DNA from: Proteiniphilum sp. UBA4084 | GTDB lineage: Bacteria > Bacteroidota > Bacteroidia > Bacteroidales > Dysgonomonadaceae | Assembly (NCBI GenBank): GCA_002383605.1 | Contig: DFYK01000043.1 | Coordinates: 33,727 to 95,572, forward strand | Reading direction: 5' to 3' | DNA: 61,846 bases | Part shown: piece by piece, positions 53,224 to 61,846 of the stretch | Layout of the letters: the number at the start of each line of letters is the position of its first letter | How positions within the stretch are numbered: position 1 is the stretch's first letter | Made by a program: the position numbers and the translations under genes | The notes under the pieces: generated by a model | The model's input: the letters and a program-made list of their open reading frames with translations, nothing else | Databases searched by the model: none | Told to the model about the DNA's origin: nothing

Positions 53224-54126
53224 ATGCAAAAATACATCGAGAAATATCTGCTCCCCGTCGCGATGATTCTGGGGATTACCTTTCACAAACAGCTTGCTAT
53301 TTTCTCTCCGGTTATACCCTACCTACTCTCGCTCATGCTTTTTATCACCTATTGTCGGGTAAGCTGGAGCGATATCAGGCTGACCAAATTTCATTACATC
53401 CTGCTGGCCATTCAATATTTGGGAAGTGCGCTGGTTTATCTGGTATTGCGACAATTTAATGAAATACTGGCCCAGGCCGCCATGATTTGTGTGCTGACCG
53501 CAACGGCCACTTCTGCACCCGTTGTAGCCGGGCTTCTTGGAGGGAGCATTTCCGTGACAGCTGCCTACTCCATCATCAGCAATCTTTCCGTCGCCTTCAT
53601 TGCTCCTTTGTTTCTATCCGTTATCGGAGAAAGTAGTGTGGCGGTTTCCTTTGCTTCCTCTTTCTGGCATATCTTGCTGAAGGTGATGCCCATTCTCGTT
53701 GTTCCGTTTCTGGTGGCTTTTATTTTACAGAAAACTGCGCCGAAGGTGCATAAAAAGATCCGGTCTGCCCAGATTGTCTCTTTCTACCTGTGGGCTGCTG
53801 CCCTCACCGTAGTGATCGGCAATGTAACACAATATGTTCGTTTGCAGGACGACGGCAACTATACCCTGGAGGTGATCATCGCCCTCACCTCGTTACTGAT
53901 TTGTCTCATGCAGTTCTTTTTTGGTAGAAAAATCGGTAGCCGGTTCGGGCGGACGGTCGCCGGCGGCCAGGGGTTAGGTCAGAAAAATACGGTACTGGCT
54001 ATCTGGCTCACCCAGACATATCTGAATCCACTGGCTACGCTCGGACCGGGAGCCTATGTTTTATGGCAAAACCTGGTCAACTCATGGCAGATATGGCTGT
54101 ATGCGAAGAGAAAAGAAGGGAAATAG
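53224..54126 (+). CDS. Bile acid:sodium symporter-like membrane transporter
   Basis: About 9-10 TM segments; TATATSAPVVAGLLGG, GQGLGQKNT and YVLWQNLVNS motifs. Confidence 0.75.
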   Translation: MQKYIEKYLLPVAMILGITFHKQLAIFSPVIPYLLSLMLFITYCRVSWSDIRLTKFHYILLAIQYLGSALVYLVLRQFNEILAQAAMICVLTATATSAPVVAGLLGGSISVTAAYSIISNLSVAFIAPLFLSVIGESSVAVSFASSFWHILLKVMPILVVPFLVAFILQKTAPKVHKKIRSAQIVSFYLWAAALTVVIGNVTQYVRLQDDGNYTLEVIIALTSLLICLMQFFFGRKIGSRFGRTVAGGQGLGQKNTVLAIWLTQTYLNPLATLGPGAYVLWQNLVNSWQIWLYAKRKEGK

Positions 54127-54185
54127 CGGGCAGCGATAAGCTTTCAGCTATCAGCTTGGGTAGTGGAGGCTTTGTGGTATCAGTA

Positions 54186-55166
54186 TCACAACATTTTTCC
54201 TAAAATCCGATCCATGACATGATTTGTCCGAATGGCGGTGGCACCCGTACTCAAGGGAAGGATGCTCCCGTCGTTCAGATAATTCACAATACTCTGAATC
54301 AAATAATACTGGATGTTTTCGGGATTCTCTTCCCGTAATTCCTGCGTTCCTTCGGATGTTTCCAAAAGGATAGGTGAGAAATCGAACGTAGAAAAGGAAA
54401 GTTTTCCCTTTGTGCCGACTACGTCGATGCGGTCGGTACGGGTATCTTTCGGGGCGATAAAGCTCCAGCTGCCACTTCCCAGCACACCTGACTGAAAACG
54501 AAAGGCAGTAGTGACCGTATCCTCCACATCGTAAAGCCCCCCCACATTTGCCGCAAAGCCGTGCACATCGGAGATATCTCCAAACAGATAATCAAGCAGA
54601 TCGAGCTGGTGAGATGCAAGATCATAAAAATAACCGGCTCCAGCGATCTCTTTTTTCACCCGCCAGGAGAGGTTTTCCCGGTCATAATCGGTCGCATAAG
54701 GCGGAATGGCAAAACGTATCTGTACAGTAGAGATTTTACCCAATAACCCATCGTCTATCAACTGTTTCACCCTGAGAAAATAAGGCAGCGTCCTGCGATA
54801 ATAAGCCACAAAGCAGGGAATACCGGTCTCCGCAGAAATGTGGTTCATCTGAAGACACTCCTCATAGGAGGAAGCCATCGGCTTCTCTACATAGACCGGT
54901 TTACCGGCCTTCATGGCGGCAATGGCATATTCCGCATGGGAGCCGGGAGGTGTTGCCACATAAACCGCGTTTACCTGTGGATCATTGATCAGATCCTGTG
55001 CATTGTCGTACCACTTCCCGATACCATGACGCTGCGCGTAGTCTTTCGCCTTGTCAATATTGCGTCGCATCACCGCGACGACATCCGATCCTTCCACCTT
55101 GCTGAAGGCCGGTCCGCTTTTCTTCTCTGTTACGTCTCCGCAACCAATAAAACCCCAGTGTATCAT
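54186..55166 (-). CDS. Gfo/Idh/MocA family oxidoreductase (cytoplasmic)
   Basis: WGFIGCG, VYVATPP, VYVEKPMA and DLASHQLD motifs. Confidence 0.92.
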   Translation of the reverse strand: MIHWGFIGCGDVTEKKSGPAFSKVEGSDVVAVMRRNIDKAKDYAQRHGIGKWYDNAQDLINDPQVNAVYVATPPGSHAEYAIAAMKAGKPVYVEKPMASSYEECLQMNHISAETGIPCFVAYYRRTLPYFLRVKQLIDDGLLGKISTVQIRFAIPPYATDYDRENLSWRVKKEIAGAGYFYDLASHQLDLLDYLFGDISDVHGFAANVGGLYDVEDTVTTAFRFQSGVLGSGSWSFIAPKDTRTDRIDVVGTKGKLSFSTFDFSPILLETSEGTQELREENPENIQYYLIQSIVNYLNDGSILPLSTGATAIRTNHVMDRILGKML

Positions 55167-55244
55167 ATTTGTTCACGTTATTCGCTGCGCGTTATTTGGC
55201 TTCGCCGTTATTAACTACTGAATAACTATCGAATTACAATCTAA

Positions 55245-57728
55245 TTACTTTCTGTAAGAAATACCACCCAGTATTCCCAGTGTCCCGAACGCGGTTGCAA
55301 TATACAAAAAAACAGTAGCATCACCATCGCTTTGTCCGTAAGAATGCATCCCGCTCAGGAAATAATTCACCCCGAGAAACGTCATCAGTACTGAAGAGAA
55401 GGCGAAGACCGACAGCAGGTTAAACAACCATTCACTCTGCCACTTTTTCACCAGATGGAGATGGGTGACGACGGAATATACCACGATTGTAATCAGTGCC
55501 CAGGTCTCCTTGGGATCCCATCCCCAATAGCGCCCCCACGACTCGTTCGCCCAAATGGCTCCCAGAAAGGTGCCGATGGTCATCAGAGCAATTCCTATCA
55601 ACAATGACAAATTGTTGATGATACTCAACTCCCTCATACGGTAAGAGACATGCGTACTTTTCTTTGAGAACGCCATGAAAGTGAGATTGGTGATACCCAA
55701 TAAAAAGCTGATTCCGAAGAATCCATAAGCTGCCACAATCACTGCCACATGAAACATCAGCCAGGGTGATTTTAACACCGGTACCAGTGTATTGATCTGC
55801 GGATCCATCCAGTTGAGGCCGGAGACAAAAAGGATCACCCCGCCGAAGAGAGTCGCCAAAGCCAGCGTGAGGTTGTTCTTGCAACCAAAGGTGAATCCTG
55901 CTACCACCGTAGCCCAGGCCACATAGACCATGGTCTCATAGGAATTACTCCAGGGTGCATAACCGGAAATATACCAACGCTGAGCCATCCCCGCGGTATG
56001 ATAAATAAAGAGTGCCACGATAAAAACGACCGCTGTAAATATTGCATTGCGAAACCATTCACGTCTCTGCCATATTTGCATGAACGCCAGAATTAAAAGG
56101 ATCCCGCCAAAAATAAAATAACCCGTTTTGGTTCGACTAAAGATATTCATCTGATTATAGCGCACTTCTGCCTCAATCTTCCTGGGGTGAATGAGTGAAG
56201 CTTTGTCGTTCTGTATCTGAAAGCGGGCAATCTCATCCAGTCGCTCATCGGCTTTGCTCCAGTCTCCGTATTGCAGTGCCGATTGTACTTCCGACAGATA
56301 TCGGTTAAAAATGTCAGCAATGAATAGTGAGTCCTGAGGCTGAAAATCGGCGAGATCATCGCCAGGTGCGTACCAGGTGTGGGACGGATCATCCGGGTTC
56401 GGAAAGATGCCCGGCATGGTATGATTAATCAGTTGATAGACGATGTTGATCTGTTCATCAAGTCTGATCAGATCCTTTTCTGCAGCTGTTCGTCCGACAG
56501 CAGGCCGGTGATAGATATCCTGTATTTGTGGGAGCAAACGATAATTTCCCTCCTGGTCGAAGAAATGGTAATAAGGCGCATAATTTTTCGCCAGATTATA
56601 CTGCAGGCTGATTTGTTCATTGGGAATGGCTATAAAGGGTACCTGCGTCCACATCCGGGGCATCGCAAGCAGACTCAACAGAAACTGATCGGCATTGAGA
56701 AAGCCGAAAGTCTGTTCTTTGAATATTTTCCGCAAAATTTCTGAGGAGAAGGTGTTCATGGGCATGACCCGTCCACGAAATTGTACCGGCAATGCACCGA
56801 ACCGGGCAGCATGATTCCGGGAAACAGTAATTTCCTGCAGTGTCTGTTCCAGGGATTTACCCGACATGCTCAAACTGCCCTGCTGTTCCACCAGTTCGGG
56901 GGTTAATGAATCTATTAGCTTCTCCGGGATGTTTTCCTCCGTCCCTCCAAGGGCAATGAACGGTACAATCAGCATAGCCGCGATGAGCGTCAATTTGCCG
57001 GCCTCCTCCCTGGCCTCCCTGAGTTGTCGTCCCAGCCTCCTGAAACGGGAATTCGGCATAAAGAACATCAGCAGGAAACCAACCAATAGCAGCGCATAGC
57101 CGCTGTAGGTTATGGTACGGCCCGCCACATCTTTGTTCACCGAAAGAATGGTTCCCAACTCATCCTCATCATAGGAAGCCTGAAAGAACCGATATCCTTT
57201 CAGATCCAGTATGTTGTTCATAAATATCTTTGTTTCGCGCACTTCCCCTTCGATATGCACCCGCAGATTACTCTCATAGGAAGAGGGACTCTGAGAACCG
57301 GGATATCGATGTAATTTGAAATCAATGAGCTCCAGCTCAAAAGGCATTGTTTCTGTTTTGATTCCCCTGGAGGTGTGCATCACCATTTGATCTGTCCGGT
57401 CTCCTTTGCGGATATGAACCTGCCCTTCCCTGCCGAACAAAAATGTGGTCAGTGCTCCACCCAGTATCACAATGAGGGAAAGATGGACAACAATCATTGC
57501 CCACTTCCTGCGCTTGATGTAGTTATATCGGATTAAGACCAGGAGAAAATTAATCACCAACAGAAACTGCAAAAGGATAAACAGCGGTGAATAATATATC
57601 AGCATTTTAGCAGCCTCTGTATTCATCTGCTTCTCCACAAATGTAGCCATCGCCAGTCCGGTTGCATAGATGAGCAACAGCACGATACTGGTTTTATAGG
57701 AGGATAAGGTATCTATCAGTTTATCCAT
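55245..57728 (-). CDS. ccsA: Cytochrome c biogenesis system II fusion CcsBA
   Basis: ResB-like N-terminus (H in VHLSL; YPGS.SPSSYES); WWD motif GAIWANESWGRYWGWDPKETWALIT; LSGMHSYG. Start placed at ATG 57728. Confidence 0.92.
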   Translation of the reverse strand: MDKLIDTLSSYKTSIVLLLIYATGLAMATFVEKQMNTEAAKMLIYYSPLFILLQFLLVINFLLVLIRYNYIKRRKWAMIVVHLSLIVILGGALTTFLFGREGQVHIRKGDRTDQMVMHTSRGIKTETMPFELELIDFKLHRYPGSQSPSSYESNLRVHIEGEVRETKIFMNNILDLKGYRFFQASYDEDELGTILSVNKDVAGRTITYSGYALLLVGFLLMFFMPNSRFRRLGRQLREAREEAGKLTLIAAMLIVPFIALGGTEENIPEKLIDSLTPELVEQQGSLSMSGKSLEQTLQEITVSRNHAARFGALPVQFRGRVMPMNTFSSEILRKIFKEQTFGFLNADQFLLSLLAMPRMWTQVPFIAIPNEQISLQYNLAKNYAPYYHFFDQEGNYRLLPQIQDIYHRPAVGRTAAEKDLIRLDEQINIVYQLINHTMPGIFPNPDDPSHTWYAPGDDLADFQPQDSLFIADIFNRYLSEVQSALQYGDWSKADERLDEIARFQIQNDKASLIHPRKIEAEVRYNQMNIFSRTKTGYFIFGGILLILAFMQIWQRREWFRNAIFTAVVFIVALFIYHTAGMAQRWYISGYAPWSNSYETMVYVAWATVVAGFTFGCKNNLTLALATLFGGVILFVSGLNWMDPQINTLVPVLKSPWLMFHVAVIVAAYGFFGISFLLGITNLTFMAFSKKSTHVSYRMRELSIINNLSLLIGIALMTIGTFLGAIWANESWGRYWGWDPKETWALITIVVYSVVTHLHLVKKWQSEWLFNLLSVFAFSSVLMTFLGVNYFLSGMHSYGQSDGDATVFLYIATAFGTLGILGGISYRK

Positions 57729-57736
57729 CAACCCCG

Positions 57737-58651
57737 TCAGGCTTCTTCCCATTGTTTGCGAAGCAGTTTCAGCGCAGCGGGCACAACGATGTTACGCTCA
57801 CCCTGACAGCCACACTCAAAGCTGACATACTTGTCGTATCCCAGCATCTTAAGACCGTTGAATCCATCCACATAATTGTCGGCTTCGCCATCTTCACCCG
57901 GCATGCTGCGACGCTTGCGACTGGCTACATGCACATGCTGCAGATGTTCTCCCGCGGAGATAAACGCCCCCTTGTCGGAATTTTCTTCCCAGGTCATGTG
58001 CCAGAAATCGCCCATGCATTTCACACCCGGATTATTGATGTCCCGACAGATGGAAGCAGCATCGCCCACCTGTCGAAGATAGAAAGCTTCCTTACGATTC
58101 AGCGGTTCCAGGATGACGGTGGTACCATGTTGCTGTGCAAGGGTACCCATTTCGTTAAACTGCTCGCAAAGAAAATCACGTGTCTCCTGCGTGTGTGGCA
58201 TCACCGGCTCTTGTCGGTTAAAAGCAGGGACAATGATCACGCCTGTTGAACCGAATTCACCGGCAGCAATGATCAGTTCTGCCATTGTATCACGACATTG
58301 TTTGCGGATGGCCGGATCGGTGGAAAGGATGAATCCGTCGAAGCCGGCACATACAGCACTCACTTTGATGTTGCGTCCTTTGAGGGCATCTTTGAATTCC
58401 TGTTTTCTCGCGAGTAAAGGTTTGCCGTGCGGTTCAAAGCCGACCACACCATGTGCTTCCATAAAATCGAACTTCTCTTTCAGGCTGGTACCGGGAGCGG
58501 TACCTTCCTGAAAAGAGATATTCAATTTCACCTTGCCGGAAGCTTTGTCCTTTTTGGAACTGGCAGAAGCCACAGAATTGTAACCTCCTATGGCGAGGGC
58601 AGCAGAACCGGCAATGGTCGTCTGAATAAATTTTCTTCTGTCGATTGTCAT
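57737..58651 (-). CDS. Tat-exported sugar phosphate isomerase/epimerase (xylose-isomerase-like TIM barrel)
   Basis: DRRKFI Tat motif; ILEPLNRKE, GDFWHM, HVHVAS and SFEC motifs. Confidence 0.88.
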   Translation of the reverse strand: MTIDRRKFIQTTIAGSAALAIGGYNSVASASSKKDKASGKVKLNISFQEGTAPGTSLKEKFDFMEAHGVVGFEPHGKPLLARKQEFKDALKGRNIKVSAVCAGFDGFILSTDPAIRKQCRDTMAELIIAAGEFGSTGVIIVPAFNRQEPVMPHTQETRDFLCEQFNEMGTLAQQHGTTVILEPLNRKEAFYLRQVGDAASICRDINNPGVKCMGDFWHMTWEENSDKGAFISAGEHLQHVHVASRKRRSMPGEDGEADNYVDGFNGLKMLGYDKYVSFECGCQGERNIVVPAALKLLRKQWEEA

Positions 58652-60036
58652 GATTTAGCTTTTTTTTCACTTCCCGGTACGGGTACATTAAATCCAGACA
58701 TGTCCATTTTGCCGATGTTGAGGTCGGCAGGCGTGTAATCCAATGGCGATGCCGTCACGGCATCCCATGTTGTTTCCTGTCCCGTATATGCAGACTCACG
58801 TCCCATGATAGCAGCCAAATTAGATACTGCTGTTTCGGAAGCTTGCTCAATGGGTTTGTTACTACGGATACAGTTAATCAGATTCACATGTTCCAATGTG
58901 TAGGGGTCGGTCTGTTGAAAATTGGTTTTCTCTGCATCACCGTCATACTGCCAGATCACATTTCCGGCCAGATCTTTGATAACATGTCCACCCTTGCTCG
59001 ACCAGGATCCTTTGGTACCCTGGATAAATTCACTCACATTGTTGGCACAACCGTCTATCTGGCGACACATGCTATGCAGATGAATGCCATTTTCCATGGT
59101 GAAGTCGATGCTGAAGTTATCATACTGATCACCTGTTACACGACGGTGGCGTGAGCCAAAGCCTACGGCGCTTACCGGTTTCAGACCGGAGAACCAGGTG
59201 AATACATCGATGTTGTGCACATGCTGCTCCACAATATGGTCTCCCGAGAGCCACTTCCAGTTCACCCAGTCGCGCACCATAAATTCAAAATCGCTCCACT
59301 GTGGCTGTCTTTCACGATACCAGAGCATGCTCTGGTTCCAATATACCGTTCCACCGGTGATCTCACCAATGGCACCGTTCATAATCTGTTTATAGGATTC
59401 CACATAACTGCGCTGGTGGTGGCGTTGTGTTCCGGTAACAACACTCAGGCTCTTTGCCTGGGCCTGTTTGGCAGCAGCTACGATGGTACGGTAACCTGCT
59501 GCATCCACACAGATGGGTTTTTCCAGGAAACAGTGTTTGTTCTTTTCCACTGCATATTTGAAATGCTCGGCACGGAAGAAAGGAGGAGTGGCGTCGATCA
59601 GAATATCAATATCACTGTCGATCACCTGCTTGTATGCATCCAGACCCACGAAACGTTTCTCAGCGGGGATATCGATATTTTTGTCCGATTTCAGCTTATC
59701 GGCCAATCCGTCTACCTTGTCCTGGAATACGTCTCCCAGCGCTACGATGGTGACACCATTGGCAGCATTCAGGAAGTTGATGGCAGCACCCGATCCGCGT
59801 CCGCCGCAGCCTACCACACCTGCTTTCAGCTCTTTGCCGTCGGCGGCCAGATCAGGAAGTTCGGGAATGTAATAGCTTCCCGGCTCTTTCAAGGGGGTGT
59901 TGGCACTTTTACCCTTTTCTGATCCGCTACAGGAGGTCAACAATCCTGCAGAGCCTGTTCCGATAACTCCTACCGCCCCTGCTACCGCTGAGGCTTTCAG
60001 AAATGATCTTCTGGTTACATTGTTTTCTTTTTTCAT
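58648..60036 (-). CDS. Tat-exported Gfo/Idh/MocA oxidoreductase (possible lipoprotein)
   Basis: TRRSFLK Tat motif; LLTSC; GVVGCGGRG, FLEKP, GTQRHH and GDHIVEQHVHNID motifs. Confidence 0.9.
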   Translation of the reverse strand: MKKENNVTRRSFLKASAVAGAVGVIGTGSAGLLTSCSGSEKGKSANTPLKEPGSYYIPELPDLAADGKELKAGVVGCGGRGSGAAINFLNAANGVTIVALGDVFQDKVDGLADKLKSDKNIDIPAEKRFVGLDAYKQVIDSDIDILIDATPPFFRAEHFKYAVEKNKHCFLEKPICVDAAGYRTIVAAAKQAQAKSLSVVTGTQRHHQRSYVESYKQIMNGAIGEITGGTVYWNQSMLWYRERQPQWSDFEFMVRDWVNWKWLSGDHIVEQHVHNIDVFTWFSGLKPVSAVGFGSRHRRVTGDQYDNFSIDFTMENGIHLHSMCRQIDGCANNVSEFIQGTKGSWSSKGGHVIKDLAGNVIWQYDGDAEKTNFQQTDPYTLEHVNLINCIRSNKPIEQASETAVSNLAAIMGRESAYTGQETTWDAVTASPLDYTPADLNIGKMDMSGFNVPVPGSEKKAKS

Positions 60037-60141
60037 CTTTCTTTGTTTTAGGATATTGTATATGTTTAAAAGTTGAGTTGTCCATAGTTCGTTATTCGCA
60101 GTCAGCCGTCAAATATTGGCTCGCATCCTGCACCTTGTCGA

Positions 60142-61719
60142 TTAACGCGTTATCAGCGAGTCACCCGGCTCGCATACTACACGAAAACCGATCCCTTTGA
60201 TATCGGAATACCACCAGATGCTCTTGGGCTGCTGCGGGTCGGTCTTGAGCCACGTCTCGTGATGTGTATGCGCCCGGGCAGCACTCCGCACTTCGGAAGC
60301 ATCGGAAACATAACTACCGCCACGGATCACCCACTCATCTCCCTGCGTAACCACCGGGTCACGGGTAATGCCCGATCGTTTGCTGTATGCTTCAGGGTCA
60401 TATTTGTCGGCCGTGTATTCCATCACATTTCCCAGCATGTTCTTTAACCCGTAAGGATTGGCTAAAACAACAGCAGGTGGCTGAGTACGGCTCTCGCTAT
60501 TCATGTCATAGACAACATAGGCACTGATGCTGTCGGTTTTCGGTTTAAAAATATTGCGCATGAATCCGTGTGCAGAAAAATCTTTTGGGCTGCCCGGAAA
60601 GAAATAGGCTGTCTGCTTGCCACCACGTGCAGCATATTCCCACTCAGCCTCGGTAGGCAAACGATATTTCTTTCCTGTTTTTGCCGATAACCACTGACAG
60701 TATGTCTCTGCGGCATAGTGTGTCATCGTGATGGCTGGGCGGTCGCCCTGTCCCCATCCCTGATCGGGATAACCGAAAGGAGGTGTGGGTCCTGAAATGG
60801 CATCCACGCCAAGTGCGGTAAGGTTATTCTCATAAACTGTCTCCGGGGGCGTACGTCCCTCGCTCATTGTCTCGGCATAAAACGACCAATACTGATCCCA
60901 GGTAGTTTCGAGTTCTGCCATAAAGAAAGGGGTGACTGCCACCTCATGCTGCGGCGATTCATCCGGGTTGCGGAAAGGTTCCTTTTCCGGACTTCCCATG
61001 TTGAAGGTTCCTCCAGGTATTGCCCTCATCAGGAATGATACGGCTGTGCCGGGCACCTGTTCCCGGTAGTCGGCAAAAGCAGTGACGACAGTGGGTTCTT
61101 TAAAATAGAGACTGGTATCCACAGCGTACGAGCCGCCCATTCCCGGAATACCCGCCATCTGGCCGTGCGCATAATTGGGATTGTAGTGTCCCACATCGAG
61201 ATGGCAGCTGATGCACTGCAGATCAAGTTTTTCGGCATTCTCTTCGTAATAGAGGTGTGCGGTGATGCCATCGTCGGTAACCCCCTCGGGAAAAAGATTC
61301 TGGTGACATTTTACACAGGATTTGTTGGGGATGTATTTCACCGCATTTTCCAGTTCCGATTTTTTATCCCAGTTGAAATCGGTACTGTCTTTGGTGAGAT
61401 ATCCCCACACATCACGTGCACCCAATGCCAGCTTGGCTGTGTAATGTTCCAAGGTATTGTCTTTGGGAGGAAGGTGACAGTCCACACAATTAACCATTAC
61501 GCCGCTACCGTTATTCACATGAGTGGAAAGTTTCCAGCTCTCTTCCGCGTGAGGATGAACATGACACATCATACACGATTCGTTGGTGGAGAAATAGACG
61601 GAAGTCTGGTATAAAGCTGCAACAAGTACAATTCCTATAACAATTCCTGTGATCAGGATGAGACCTTTTTTTCCGAATGACTTTTTATTGGGTTTCCTGT
61701 TTTTTGAAAATCTCGGCAT
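60142..61719 (-). CDS. NapC/NirT-type tetraheme cytochrome c fused to an FGE-sulfatase (SUMF1/PvdO-like) domain
   Basis: N-terminal TM anchor; CMMCH, CVDCH, CVKCH and CISCH heme motifs; IPGGTFNMGS, YRLPTEAEWEYAARGG, NPYGLKNMLGNVMEY, RGGS and GFRVV FGE motifs. Confidence 0.9.
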   Translation of the reverse strand: MPRFSKNRKPNKKSFGKKGLILITGIVIGIVLVAALYQTSVYFSTNESCMMCHVHPHAEESWKLSTHVNNGSGVMVNCVDCHLPPKDNTLEHYTAKLALGARDVWGYLTKDSTDFNWDKKSELENAVKYIPNKSCVKCHQNLFPEGVTDDGITAHLYYEENAEKLDLQCISCHLDVGHYNPNYAHGQMAGIPGMGGSYAVDTSLYFKEPTVVTAFADYREQVPGTAVSFLMRAIPGGTFNMGSPEKEPFRNPDESPQHEVAVTPFFMAELETTWDQYWSFYAETMSEGRTPPETVYENNLTALGVDAISGPTPPFGYPDQGWGQGDRPAITMTHYAAETYCQWLSAKTGKKYRLPTEAEWEYAARGGKQTAYFFPGSPKDFSAHGFMRNIFKPKTDSISAYVVYDMNSESRTQPPAVVLANPYGLKNMLGNVMEYTADKYDPEAYSKRSGITRDPVVTQGDEWVIRGGSYVSDASEVRSAARAHTHHETWLKTDPQQPKSIWWYSDIKGIGFRVVCEPGDSLITR

Positions 61720-61846
61720 TATTGTTTTTGATGATAAATATTAAATTATAACTTTTATTTATATTCTAAGGCATTTTGTCTATAAAAGTACACAATTAAT
61801 TTCTTTTTCTGATCAGTTCACGTGCTGCTTCAATGATGGTATCCCT

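Noticed and set aside
59215-59922. 235-aa plus-strand ORF and other short overlapping ORFs in the track
   Set aside because: They lie opposite or inside well-supported genes and show no independent coding signal.

Overview
This window looks like Bacteroidales chromosome: it has TAnnTTTG promoters, ruvA-sprA, rprXY and TamL/TamB. A Dysgonomonadaceae-like origin (Proteiniphilum/Petrimonas) is my inference only. From left to right it contains: (1) the 3' part of a fucose-rich glycan degradation cluster (Gfo/Idh/MocA, GH88, GH2, two GH29, GH95); (2) housekeeping genes (GDPD, HD/Mesh1-like hydrolase, hemW, fhs, uvrB, dgkA, Dna2-like nuclease-helicase); (3) tRNA-Gln(CTG) followed by a small accessory zone at about 22.2-28.7 kb; (4) TamL/TamB, queA, Smr protein, thioesterase, ruvA-sprA, rprXY, yicC-gmk; (5) a minus-strand operon of a tetraheme NapC/NirT-FGE fusion, Tat-exported Gfo/Idh/MocA and TIM-barrel sugar enzymes, and a CcsBA cytochrome c synthase. 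The accessory zone holds an AT-rich SatD + DUF3307 pair preceded by four TATAAG-N8-CTTATA palindromes at an exact 29-bp period, a wHTH/membrane operon, and three neighbouring genes gutted by large internal deletions. The best candidates for undescribed systems are the SatD (cyclase-like + HTH)/DUF3307/palindrome-array module and the NapC-FGE cytochrome/sugar-oxidoreductase operon. I saw no integrase, transposase, rRNA or CRISPR array. All family calls come from motif recognition by eye, not database searches.
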